64,000 nucleotides of DNA, from the NCBI GenBank assembly GCA_024277525.1, contig JAJRUZ010000087.1:4530-68529 (forward strand). The letters run 5' to 3'. The position numbers and the translations under genes are program-made. Origin of the DNA: a candidate division WOR-3 bacterium. GTDB lineage: Bacteria; Hydrothermota; Hydrothermia; Hydrothermales; JAJRUZ01. Each line of letters opens with the position of its first letter. Position 1 is the stretch's first letter. The notes beneath the pieces are model-generated. The model was not told the DNA's origin, did not search any database, and saw nothing but the letters and a program-made list of their open reading frames with translations. Shown here piece by piece: positions 48,464 through 57,920 of this stretch.

Positions 48464-48970
48464 ATGAGAGAAAGAATAATTTTAATCTTGATTATCATAA
48501 CATTATCACAATGTAAGGAAAATAAAATTAAAAAAGAAATCAATATAAAAGAAAATCTTGAAGAGACAAAAAAAGTTAAGGTAGTTGAATATAAAGAAAA
48601 TGAAAAGATTTTTGAACTTTTTGCTGATGAAATAATTTCAAGGGAAGAATTTTTAAGAGCAAAAGGCTTAAGTATTTCAATTTATGAAGACGGTTTAAAG
48701 ACTTTATTTATAAGAGCGGATTCGGGTGATTATAACACAACTTCAGGAGATATTGAAATTAAGGGAAATGTGAAATTATGGAACAGTGAAGGAGATACTT
48801 TGTGGACCCAGCATCTCGTGTACAAATATAAAGAAGGAATAATAAAAAGTGATGCGGATTGCAGATTGTTCCAGAAGGGTAAATATATAAAAGGAAAGGG
48901 ATTTGAAAGTAAAAAACCATTTAAAAAAATCAGAATTTTCGGCAAAATTAAAGGAGAAAAAGAAAAATGA
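48464..48970 (+). CDS. lptC: LPS export protein LptC-like
   Basis: N-terminal anchor; beta-jellyroll pattern ADSG.Y....I...GNV, L.T..L.Y and G.GF; upstream of lptB. Confidence 0.75.
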   Translation: MRERIILILIIITLSQCKENKIKKEINIKENLEETKKVKVVEYKENEKIFELFADEIISREEFLRAKGLSISIYEDGLKTLFIRADSGDYNTTSGDIEIKGNVKLWNSEGDTLWTQHLVYKYKEGIIKSDADCRLFQKGKYIKGKGFESKKPFKKIRIFGKIKGEKEK

Positions 48971-49839
48971 TTTTATATCTGCTGTTAATAAATATATTTA
49001 ATTACGGTGCAGATGAGGTATGGATTGAATTAAAAGATAATATTCGTATCATAAATGCAAGAAAGAATGTATATGTGCAAGGAGAAAATTTCAGGATTTC
49101 TTCGGATTCAGCAGTCCTTTATGAAACAGAGGATATTGACTCTGCATACCTTTTCAAAAATGTTTTAATTGAAACGGAAAAATTCAAAATTTTTTCAAAT
49201 AAGGTTTTCTATGATTTTATTAAGAGGAGAGGAATTTTTGAAAAAAATGTAAAAATTGAAACCGATACTTTTAAAATATTGGGAGATAAGATTTTTTACG
49301 ATGAAAAAAAGGATTCCGCATTCACGAATGAGAAGGTTCAAATATTTGACAAGGTTAATAATATAGAAATTACCGGATTTTTTATGAATTATATTCCTTC
49401 GAAAAGGAGGGGTAAAATTGATTCTCTCTTATTTATAAAGATCAAAGAAAAGGAAGATACACTTTTGATAAAGGGAAGAACTCTTTATTTTATGGGAAAG
49501 AATTTGAAAGTAAAGGAGAATGTGATACTAAAAGCAAAAGACTTTGAAGGAGAATGCGATTCCCTTTTATGGGAAGAGGATAGAATATTACTTCTGGGTA
49601 AAAATCCATTATTAAAAACAGAAAACTCGCATCTGAAAGGTAAAAAAATTGAAATTTTTATTAAAGAAAGGAAAATTAAGGAGATTTTCTCAGAAGGTGA
49701 GAGTTTTTTAAAAACAGTATCCGAAAAAAAAGATACCCTTTATCTTTACTCAAATATTTTAAAAATAATTTTCAATGATTCTTTAAGACCGATAAAAGTT
49801 ACGGGTAAAGGTAAAATAAACGGAGAGGTGAGAAAATGA
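48967..49839 (+). CDS. LptA/OstA-like beta-jellyroll protein
   Basis: Repeated NV.I...DS/G.KI patterns; position between lptC and lptB. Confidence 0.7.
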   Translation: MILYLLLINIFNYGADEVWIELKDNIRIINARKNVYVQGENFRISSDSAVLYETEDIDSAYLFKNVLIETEKFKIFSNKVFYDFIKRRGIFEKNVKIETDTFKILGDKIFYDEKKDSAFTNEKVQIFDKVNNIEITGFFMNYIPSKRRGKIDSLLFIKIKEKEDTLLIKGRTLYFMGKNLKVKENVILKAKDFEGECDSLLWEEDRILLLGKNPLLKTENSHLKGKKIEIFIKERKIKEIFSEGESFLKTVSEKKDTLYLYSNILKIIFNDSLRPIKVTGKGKINGEVRK

Positions 49840-50555
49840 TTTTAAGGACAGAAAATCTTGTTAAAATTTACAGAAAAAGAAAAGTTGTTAATAATGTTTC
49901 AATTGAGTTAAAAAGAGGAGAAATTGTGGGACTTTTGGGTCCGAACGGAGCGGGTAAAACAACGACTTTTTATATGATTTCAGGTGTTATAAGACCGAAT
50001 TCAGGGAAAGTTTATATAGATGAAGAAGAAATAACGCGTCTTCCGATGTATAAAAGGGCAAGAATGGGAATTTCTTATTTACCGCAGGAACCCTCTGTAT
50101 TCAGGAAATTATCAGTATATGACAATATTTACGGAATTCTGCAAATGAGAGGATATGATGATGAAATTGTGAAAGAAAAAACGGAAAATGTTTTAAAAAA
50201 AATGGGAATTTATAATTTAAAAGACTCAAAGGCGTATATGCTTTCAGGGGGCGAAAGAAGGAGACTCGAGGTTGCAAGGGCACTTGTTCTTGAACCCAAG
50301 TTTCTATTACTCGACGAACCCTTCACAGGAATTGACCCGAAAACAAGAGAAGAAATTCAATCCATTGTTTTATCTTTAAAAAATGAAGGAATACGAGTGC
50401 TAATAACGGATCACAATGTCAGGGAGACACTTGAAATTACGGATAGGGCTTACATAATATATGAAGGTAAAGTGCTTGTTTCCGGAAAATCCGATGAATT
50501 GGTTGAAAATGAATTGGTGCGTAAGGTTTATCTCGGTGAGAGGTTCAAATTATGA
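49836..50555 (+). CDS. lptB: LPS export ABC transporter ATPase
   Basis: GLLGPNGAGKTT, YLPQEPSVFRKL, LSGGERRR.E, LLDEPF.GIDP and ITDHNVRETL. Confidence 0.97.
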   Translation: MILRTENLVKIYRKRKVVNNVSIELKRGEIVGLLGPNGAGKTTTFYMISGVIRPNSGKVYIDEEEITRLPMYKRARMGISYLPQEPSVFRKLSVYDNIYGILQMRGYDDEIVKEKTENVLKKMGIYNLKDSKAYMLSGGERRRLEVARALVLEPKFLLLDEPFTGIDPKTREEIQSIVLSLKNEGIRVLITDHNVRETLEITDRAYIIYEGKVLVSGKSDELVENELVRKVYLGERFKL

Positions 50556-51946
50556 GGGACATAAGACTTGAAGAAACTTTAAAAATAAAAGTTACTTTGC
50601 TTCCATCACTTGTTCAACTTGCCAAAATATGCTCTTTAAACATACTTGAATTAAGAGATTTTCTTTATCATGAACTTGAAAATAACATTATCCTCGAGAA
50701 GAGAGAGAGAATTTTGAAAGAAAGATTCAGGGGAAGGGTAATAGAAAGGGATGATTTTGATTTAAAAGAGTTTTTCCAGATTTTCTCGGAGTCCGACGAA
50801 TATGAAAGAACTTTATACTCCCGTGGAGAAGAAGAGGAAGAAGATTTGGCTTCCCTCATTCCTGCAAGAGGTCCTTCACTTTATGAAAGATTATCCTATC
50901 AGATTGAATTTGCCTTTAAAAACGAAGAAGACAAAAGAATAGCAAATTCTTTGATTGATTATATAAATAAAGAAGGATTTATTGAGATTCCGCCGGATGA
51001 AATTTCAAAAGAATTAAATGTTCCTGTTTTAAAAATAGAAGAAATAAGATATAAAATCATGCATCTTGATCCTATAGGTGTGGGTGCAAGAAACATAAGG
51101 GAAGCGTTGTTGGTACAGCTTGAGGTGAGAAAATTAGAGGATACACTTGCTTATGAACTCTTATTAAACCATTTTGAAAAATTAAATGAACCACCCGAAG
51201 AACTTGCACAAAAGCTCAACAGAAGTGTGGAAGAGATAAAAGAGGCATTTCTTTTAATAAAAAGATTGAATCCGAAGCCGGGTTTGATTTATGCGGAGGA
51301 AAGTCCTCAATATGTTGTGCCGGAATATGTGATAAAGTTCAGAGATAATGAGCTTGTTGTGGAAGAGGTAAGGGGTTTTATGCCCGAGATAAGATTAAAT
51401 TCCAAATATTTAAAAATGCTTGACGATGAGAATGTCCCGAAGGAAGTGAAGAAATTCTTAAATGATTATGTAAGAAAAGCAAAGACTTTATTTGATTTAT
51501 TAAACGAAAGAAGAAGAAAATTGGAAAAAATTGTAAATTTCATTGTGGATTATCAGCGTGAATTTTTCATGAATTCCGAGGGCAGATTAAAACCGATTTC
51601 ACAGACCGATGCAGCAAAGAAACTAAATATGCCTGTTTCAACCTTACACAGATTGATAACAGGAAAATATGTTTCTACACCCAGAGGAATTTTTGAATTA
51701 AAATTCTTCTTCCCCAGGGGATTGAGAACAAGAAAAGGAAAAACCTTTGATAGAGATGTGGTAAAAAGTGTGATTAAAGAATTAATAGATAATGAAGACC
51801 CCGAATCACCTTTGAGTGACGGTAAAATAAGAAACATTTTAAGATTTGAAAAAGGAATAGACATCACAAGAAGGGAGGTATGTAAATTAAGAAAAGAACT
51901 CGGGATTGAGAATTATTCCAAAAGAAAAAGGAAATATAAAAGTTGA
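50552..51946 (+). CDS. rpoN: RNA polymerase sigma-54 factor (divergent RpoN box)
   Basis: DPIGVGAR...E.L..QL, LNPKPG, Q..FF, TPRGIFELKFFF and PLSD..I; follows lptB. The RpoN box reads TRREVCKLR. Confidence 0.9.
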   Translation: MRDIRLEETLKIKVTLLPSLVQLAKICSLNILELRDFLYHELENNIILEKRERILKERFRGRVIERDDFDLKEFFQIFSESDEYERTLYSRGEEEEEDLASLIPARGPSLYERLSYQIEFAFKNEEDKRIANSLIDYINKEGFIEIPPDEISKELNVPVLKIEEIRYKIMHLDPIGVGARNIREALLVQLEVRKLEDTLAYELLLNHFEKLNEPPEELAQKLNRSVEEIKEAFLLIKRLNPKPGLIYAEESPQYVVPEYVIKFRDNELVVEEVRGFMPEIRLNSKYLKMLDDENVPKEVKKFLNDYVRKAKTLFDLLNERRRKLEKIVNFIVDYQREFFMNSEGRLKPISQTDAAKKLNMPVSTLHRLITGKYVSTPRGIFELKFFFPRGLRTRKGKTFDRDVVKSVIKELIDNEDPESPLSDGKIRNILRFEKGIDITRREVCKLRKELGIENYSKRKRKYKS

Positions 51947-53730
51947 AGATTTATTTAAAATTATTTCCCTTTTTTAAAAGACATCTTTTAATAGTTTTAT
52001 TAACAATTGTTTCAACAATTCTCTTTTCTCTCACAGGCGGTATATCCATAACCATGATTCCTCCCTTTTTACACATTATTTTCGGAGGTAAAATTGAAAC
52101 AGGGGGAATTTTTATAAATAAATTTCTTGCCTGGATTGAAAGTTTACTTATAAAGGATACTCCGCTTGAATCAATAAAAAGATTCTGTATTTTATTAATT
52201 TTGCTTTTCGGAGTCAAAGCATTTTTCGGTTATTCTTCAAAATTTTTGTCATTTATGTTGCAGGAAATAATATCAAGGGATTTAAGAAATTCCCTTTTTT
52301 CAAAATTTCTCAATCTTCCTTTGTCTTTCTTTTCGAAGGTAAAAACAGGGGCACTTGTATCAAGGTTCACTCATGATTTAACAATCGTTCGGTATGCCTT
52401 AACCGAGGGGCTTTTTTCCCTTTTCAGGGATTCCATGAATGTCTTAATTTATCTTTTTCTTGCGATATGGGCATCTCCCTTTCTTTCAATTATTGCTTTC
52501 TTGATTCTTCCTTTTGCTTTTATTTTTATTCAAACAACAGGAAGGGTTTTGAGAAGAAGGGCAAGAAGGGCACAAGAAAGGATGGGTGAAATCGGTTCAA
52601 GGGCTCAGGAAATTTTGTATGGATTAAAAATAGTAAAAGCATTCGGAAGAAATGAAGAGGAAAAGAAAAAATTTGAAAAAGAAACAATGAAATTCTTTAA
52701 AGCACATCTCAAATATGAAAACCTTTCCATACTTACCCCTCATTTAACCGAATTTGTGGGTTCAATAATGGCTGCCCTTTTTTTGTATGCAGGAGGGGTT
52801 CTTATATTTAACATACAAGTCTTAACTCCTGATAGATTTTTTGTATTCTTGGCATCTGCGCTTTCAATGCTTCAACCCTTAAAGGGTCTCACACATTCTT
52901 ATTCAAACTTACAACAGGGTATAACCGCTCTTGACAGAACATTTAAAATCTTATCCGAGGAAGAAGAAAAAGGCGGAAATATAATTTTAAAAAACATAAA
53001 AAAAGGGATTGAATTTAAAAATGTAAGCTTTTATTATGAAGAAAACAGATGGGTTTTAAAGAATATAAACCTGTTCATTGAAAAGGGAAAAATTTATGCT
53101 TTTGTGGGTCCTTCGGGTGCGGGAAAATCTACTTTACTTTCTCTTATACCGAGATTTTATGATCCTCAAGAGGGAGAAATTTTTATTGATGAAATAAATA
53201 TAAGGGAATATGATCTGGATTCTCTGCGAAGTAAGATCGGTATAGTATCTCAGGAGACTCTTTTATTTTCCGGTACAATTAAGGAGAATCTTCTTTACGG
53301 CAACCCGAATGCAGGGGAAGAGGAAATAAGACTTGCGATAAAATTTGCGGGACTTGAAGATTTTATAAATGATTTACCGGATGGGCTTGATACGGATGTA
53401 AAAGAGCTCGGTAAACGGTTATCAGGAGGAGAAAAGCAGAGAATATCAATTGCAAGGGTTTTTATAAAAAATCCGGAGATTCTCATTCTTGACGAATTTA
53501 CATCTCAACTTGATGCTCATTCCGAACATATTGTAAAAGAAGCAATTTACAATCTTTTCAAAGGAAGAACGGGTTTGGTGATAGCCCACAGACTATCAAC
53601 TGTATTAAAGGCGGATAAAATAGTTTTAATGGAAGACGGTAAAATTGTTGATATCGGAACACATGAGGAACTTCTTGAAAGGTCGGAACTTTATTCAAAG
53701 TTATACAAACTTCAATTTGAGAGAATCTGA
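51943..53730 (+). CDS. ABC exporter, TMD plus ATPase (MsbA-like)
   Basis: Six-TM domain; GPSGAGKST, LSGGEKQR, LDE and IAHRLST; in LPS-export context. Confidence 0.88.
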   Translation: MKIYLKLFPFFKRHLLIVLLTIVSTILFSLTGGISITMIPPFLHIIFGGKIETGGIFINKFLAWIESLLIKDTPLESIKRFCILLILLFGVKAFFGYSSKFLSFMLQEIISRDLRNSLFSKFLNLPLSFFSKVKTGALVSRFTHDLTIVRYALTEGLFSLFRDSMNVLIYLFLAIWASPFLSIIAFLILPFAFIFIQTTGRVLRRRARRAQERMGEIGSRAQEILYGLKIVKAFGRNEEEKKKFEKETMKFFKAHLKYENLSILTPHLTEFVGSIMAALFLYAGGVLIFNIQVLTPDRFFVFLASALSMLQPLKGLTHSYSNLQQGITALDRTFKILSEEEEKGGNIILKNIKKGIEFKNVSFYYEENRWVLKNINLFIEKGKIYAFVGPSGAGKSTLLSLIPRFYDPQEGEIFIDEINIREYDLDSLRSKIGIVSQETLLFSGTIKENLLYGNPNAGEEEIRLAIKFAGLEDFINDLPDGLDTDVKELGKRLSGGEKQRISIARVFIKNPEILILDEFTSQLDAHSEHIVKEAIYNLFKGRTGLVIAHRLSTVLKADKIVLMEDGKIVDIGTHEELLERSELYSKLYKLQFERI

Positions 53731-54620
53731 TGAAATTCAGGAAAAAGCCGGAATGGATAAAAAGTAAACTTTTTCATAAGGAAAAATTCGGTAAAATAAG
53801 AAAAACTTTAAAGAATAAAAAACTTCATACCGTATGTGAATCTGCACTTTGCCCTAATATCAACGAGTGCTGGGGAGGGGGCACAGCGACAATCATGATT
53901 ATGGGAGATATATGCACAAGGGCATGCAGATTTTGTAATATAAAGACAGGGAATCCGAGAAGAATCCTTGACCCCGAAGAACCTGAAAGAGTTGCACAAA
54001 CGGTTAAGGAGTGGAAATTAAAATATGTAGTTCTTACATCTGTTGATAGGGATGACCTTCCTGACGGAGGAGCGGGGCATTTTGCAAAAACAATAAGAGC
54101 TATTAAATCTTTAAATCCCGGAGTATTTGTTGAGCCTTTAATACCCGATTTCGGGGGCAATATTGAATCTTTAAAAATTGTTCTTTCTGCAAATCCTGAT
54201 GTTCTTGCACATAACATTGAAACGGTTGAAAGGTTAACACCGATTGTAAGGGATAAAAGGGCGGGTTATTTGCAGAGTCTAAAAGTCCTTGAAAATTCAA
54301 AAAAATTAAGACCTGATATATACACAAAATCAAGTATATTGGTAGGTTTAGGAGAAAGGGAAAAAGAAGTAATAAAGACATTAAAAGATTTGAGAAATGC
54401 AGGAGTTGATATAGTTACAATAGGGCAGTATTTAAGACCTTCTTTGCACAAAAAATTTCTTGAAGTTAAGGAATATGTGCATCCTGAAAAATTTGAATAT
54501 TACGAAAAAGTTGCCTTAGAAATGGGCTTCTTATATTGTGCTTCAGGTCCTTTTGTAAGGAGTTCTTATAAAGCCGCAGAGGTATTTTTAGAGGGAGTCT
54601 TAAGAAAAGATAAATCTTAA
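53730..54620 (+). CDS. lipA: Lipoyl synthase
   Basis: CESALCPNINEC, CTRACRFC, TSVDRDDL, HNIETV and RSSY. Confidence 0.97.
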   Translation: MKFRKKPEWIKSKLFHKEKFGKIRKTLKNKKLHTVCESALCPNINECWGGGTATIMIMGDICTRACRFCNIKTGNPRRILDPEEPERVAQTVKEWKLKYVVLTSVDRDDLPDGGAGHFAKTIRAIKSLNPGVFVEPLIPDFGGNIESLKIVLSANPDVLAHNIETVERLTPIVRDKRAGYLQSLKVLENSKKLRPDIYTKSSILVGLGEREKEVIKTLKDLRNAGVDIVTIGQYLRPSLHKKFLEVKEYVHPEKFEYYEKVALEMGFLYCASGPFVRSSYKAAEVFLEGVLRKDKS

Positions 54621-54727
54621 TTAAACCATTGACCCGGATAAATACATGAACGGTTTTCCAAACCGTAATAAAAAAAATCGTTCTCTTGATTTCTTCTCCT
54701 GAAATCTTTTATAATCATTTTTAAATA

Positions 54728-55009
54728 ATGCAAATGAATAAAATACTTATAATTATTTTTTCCGTGCTCATTATCTCATGCAAAGCCGGGAACGGATTAA
54801 AAGAAGAAATAGAAAATATAAGAAAAGAACTTAAAAGAATAGATAGAAAGATTGAACACATAGAAAAAAAGGTGGATTCACTTGATTTAAGGTTATCAAA
54901 TTTCAGAAAAGAAATGGAAGAACGCTTAATCAGATTAAAAAGGAATTATAAAAATAAAAAAGAAACTTTTTCACACCCTTGGTATGAGAGTTGCGGTAGA
55001 TGTCATTAA
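54728..55009 (+). CDS. Small lipoprotein with coiled coil and terminal CxxCH
   Basis: Signal peptide ending LIISC; heptad-rich EEIENIRKELKRIDRKIEHIEKKVDSLD; ends HPWYESCGRCH*; upstream TTGATT...TATAAT. Confidence 0.65.
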   Translation: MQMNKILIIIFSVLIISCKAGNGLKEEIENIRKELKRIDRKIEHIEKKVDSLDLRLSNFRKEMEERLIRLKRNYKNKKETFSHPWYESCGRCH

Positions 55010-55434
55010 ATTTCCTTCACATTGAACTCTTTTTTTATTTTTTCCTCTCCGATTAAAACCTCCTTTGATTTCGGAGAATATACCGAATCCCATTTTCCCT
55101 CTTTTATTATATCCTCCAGCATTTCACAAAAATCTCCTTTTAAAAATTGAAATTCACAGGATATTTTTTCCTCTTTAAGAAAATTTCCGAGTTTTTCCAT
55201 TTTCTCTCTCAAATTATTTTCTATTTCTTTTAAAATCAAATCCTTAATTTCCTTTGTAGGCTCTTCACCCAGAAATCCCATATACATGAGCCATGTTGAA
55301 AAATTGGAAGGAATTGCTTCACTCAATATAAAAACCACCTTAATAAAAACATTTTTACCCTCTCTTTTTAATATCTCTTTAATTATATCAATGTCATTCC
55401 TTGTTCCTGAGAAAATTATCAAAATTTTTTTCAT
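55006..55434 (-). CDS. Universal-stress-protein-like protein
   Basis: MKKILIIFSG N-terminal strand and ..KGDF... USP-like pattern; start re-called to ATG 55434, overlapping the transporter stop. Confidence 0.55.
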   Translation of the reverse strand: MKKILIIFSGTRNDIDIIKEILKREGKNVFIKVVFILSEAIPSNFSTWLMYMGFLGEEPTKEIKDLILKEIENNLREKMEKLGNFLKEEKISCEFQFLKGDFCEMLEDIIKEGKWDSVYSPKSKEVLIGEEKIKKEFNVKEI

Positions 55435-56780
55435 ATTTTCACCCCCATTATTACCCATATAAAATGACTTAAAAAATAAATAAAGACAGGGGATACAAGA
55501 AAAAAAGGAATTGAATATTTAAAAGCATCAAAAATAGAGTACTTTCCGGAAGAAAAGGCGATTGCATTGGGTGGAGAACCGAAAGGGAGAATGAATGCAA
55601 GACCGCTTGTTATTGCAATGAAAAGGGTAAGAAAAAAGGGATCAAAAACATTTGAAAAACCGTAAGAAATAGGCAATAAAAGGGCACAGGTTGCAACATT
55701 ACTTATAAACTCCGTAAGAATAAGTGTCAAAAATAAAAGGGAAATAAATAAAATCAGGGGATGGTGGGAAAGCAGGGATAAAAAATTCTCCGAGATATAA
55801 AGTGCTGTTCCTGATTTAAATAAGGATGTTCCAAGCACTATTGCTCCCCCGTACATTAAAATTATACCCCAGTTAACATAATGCTGAGCATCCCTCCAAT
55901 TGATTACCTTAAAGAGAAAAAGTAAAAAACATGCAAGAAGTCCTGTAACAGCCATGTCAATTTTATCAGAGTAAAAAATCCAGAGAATCAATGCAAATGC
56001 ATAAATTAATAAAGTTTTCATTTCTTCATTGCTTAAAATTCTTTCCGCCTTATTTTTCAATTCTACTTTTTCCTGAATGTTTCTTGTTAAGATAAAAATG
56101 TATAAGATTCCGAATATAAAGAATAAAAATGCTACGGGAAAGGCAAATTTTGTCCATTCAAAAAAGGTAATAATTTTTCCGAAATTTTCCTGATACAGTC
56201 CTATTGCAAAAGGAGCCCTTGCGCCTCCGAGGGGTGTTCCGATTCCACCCGAAACCGCCCCCCATGCCATTGACAAAAATATGAGTTTTGCAAATTTTTT
56301 GTTTTTAATTTCATGTGATATTTGAAGCAAAAAAGGAAAAAGAATCGCAGAAGTTGCATGTTCTGGTATTAAAAGGGATAAAAAAAATGAAATTGAAAAT
56401 ATACCGGATAAGATATAAAAAGGACTTTTTGAAAAAAATTTAAGAAAAAAATAGGTTATTTTTTTTGCCAGTCCTGTTTTTAAGATAGAAGATGCAAGAA
56501 TAAATGCGGAAAGGATAAAAAAAACAGCCCTGTTTCCGAATGCAGAAAATGTTTCTTCGGGTCTTAAAACATTAAAAAGAGGTGTTATGGCGATAATCAG
56601 AATACCTGTAACCGCAGGAGGAACTATATTTGTAATCCAAAGTGTTGCACTTAAGAAAAATATACCAAGCGCTTTTGAATAAATTTCCGGAATTTTCACA
56701 ATGTAAAAAAGGAAAAATGAAAAAATAAAAAAGAGCGAAAGTCCTGTGAATAAAATTACATTTTTTAATGTTCCCTTCAT
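55431..56780 (-). CDS. DASS/SLC13 family Na+-coupled anion symporter
   Basis: LW.T...P..VT, GG.GTP.G.., INW...NWGII.MYGG, TEFISNVA and P.GSPPNAI. Confidence 0.9.
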   Translation of the reverse strand: MKGTLKNVILFTGLSLFFIFSFFLFYIVKIPEIYSKALGIFFLSATLWITNIVPPAVTGILIIAITPLFNVLRPEETFSAFGNRAVFFILSAFILASSILKTGLAKKITYFFLKFFSKSPFYILSGIFSISFFLSLLIPEHATSAILFPFLLQISHEIKNKKFAKLIFLSMAWGAVSGGIGTPLGGARAPFAIGLYQENFGKIITFFEWTKFAFPVAFLFFIFGILYIFILTRNIQEKVELKNKAERILSNEEMKTLLIYAFALILWIFYSDKIDMAVTGLLACFLLFLFKVINWRDAQHYVNWGIILMYGGAIVLGTSLFKSGTALYISENFLSLLSHHPLILFISLLFLTLILTEFISNVATCALLLPISYGFSNVFDPFFLTLFIAITSGLAFILPFGSPPNAIAFSSGKYSIFDAFKYSIPFFLVSPVFIYFLSHFIWVIMGVKI

Positions 56781-57295
56781 TTTTTTATCAATTCAGGAAT
56801 CTTTCTCAAGAGATATTCCCTTTTCTTTTCATTAACTTCAAATATTTTCACATCTTTTCTCTTTTTTATTTCTTTTATGAAAGGGTGGGGCGAAATTGAA
56901 ATTGTTGCAATTATTTGAATTTCGGAATCAAAAGCCGTTTTAACACTTTCTTTAAATTTTTCTGAAAAAAGTTCCATTTTCCCTATCTCATCTACCAAAA
57001 GGAGATTCTTATTTTTGATTGCATTTTCTATTTCCGGAATCCCTATCTTTTCAAGTGCAGAGATATTCACACCGTATTTTCCTACTTTAAACTCTGACTT
57101 TATATTTATGTGAGCAAATATTTCTTTTTCTCCTTTAAGATTCTCAACGAAAAATCCCACCCTTTTGCCTTTTTCCCTTATCTCTCCTGTAAAAAAACCG
57201 TTAATTTTCAGTCCCTGGTTTTTCAGTTTTTCGCAGATTTTCTTTAAAAGGGTTGTTTTTCCTGCCCTGGGTTTTCCTGTTATCAGAATTTTCAT
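56777..57295 (-). CDS. NTPase_1 (THEP1-family) nucleoside-triphosphatase
   Basis: ITGKPRAGKTT, GFFT.EIRE.G.RVGF, VGKYGV and DEIGKMEL. Confidence 0.92.
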   Translation of the reverse strand: MKILITGKPRAGKTTLLKKICEKLKNQGLKINGFFTGEIREKGKRVGFFVENLKGEKEIFAHINIKSEFKVGKYGVNISALEKIGIPEIENAIKNKNLLLVDEIGKMELFSEKFKESVKTAFDSEIQIIATISISPHPFIKEIKKRKDVKIFEVNEKKREYLLRKIPELIKK

Positions 57296-57332
57296 AACTT
57301 AAATTTAAGAGAATTTATTTAATTTTTTCATT

Positions 57333-57338
57333 TATAAT
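57333..57338 (+). promoter_or_regulatory. -10 box TATAAT, 6 nt before the STAS gene ATG (leaderless)
   Basis: Read directly; no SD. Confidence 0.55.
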
Positions 57339-57344
57339 AAGATT

Positions 57345-57920
57345 ATGAAGCTATTTGATGCGGATATCTTTGAAAAAGACGAAAAAATTTATGTGAATTT
57401 GAAAGGAAAGATTGATACAAGGACCGTGAATGATTTTAAAAATGTTCTCCAATCTGCGAAACGGATGAACAAAAAAGAAATAATTCTTAATTACCAGGAT
57501 GTTGAATATGTATCAAGTGCGGGATACGGCTCACTTTTGCAATTCTGTGTCTATTCAAAAAAAGAAGGAATAAATGTTTATGTAACAGGAATGAAAAAGG
57601 AAATCAAGAACATATTTGATATTATGGAGCTTTACAGATTTGTGGATTATAAGGAAGGAATTGAAATTCCGGAAATGGCAGTTGAAGAAAAAGAAGAATT
57701 CCAGATTCCTTCAGATCTTGAAGAATGGATTGAAAAGAAGGTAATTGATAATCCTATGATGGGAATTGAAGAATATTCGGATTTGTATTTCAAAGAAAAA
57801 GAAATACGTGTTCCTGATGAGGTATTCAAAGAAATATGTGAAAGAAAAGGACTCATAACAAAGGAAGGAAGATTGTTTTTTGCTTATAAAAAACTCAGGG
57901 AGAAAATAGAGGGTAAATGA
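57345..57920 (+). CDS. STAS-domain anti-sigma-factor antagonist with an extra C-terminal helical domain
   Basis: LKGKID, V.YVSSAG (phospho-Ser motif) and I..IF.IM; about 80-aa extension. Confidence 0.8.
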   Translation: MKLFDADIFEKDEKIYVNLKGKIDTRTVNDFKNVLQSAKRMNKKEIILNYQDVEYVSSAGYGSLLQFCVYSKKEGINVYVTGMKKEIKNIFDIMELYRFVDYKEGIEIPEMAVEEKEEFQIPSDLEEWIEKKVIDNPMMGIEEYSDLYFKEKEIRVPDEVFKEICERKGLITKEGRLFFAYKKLREKIEGK

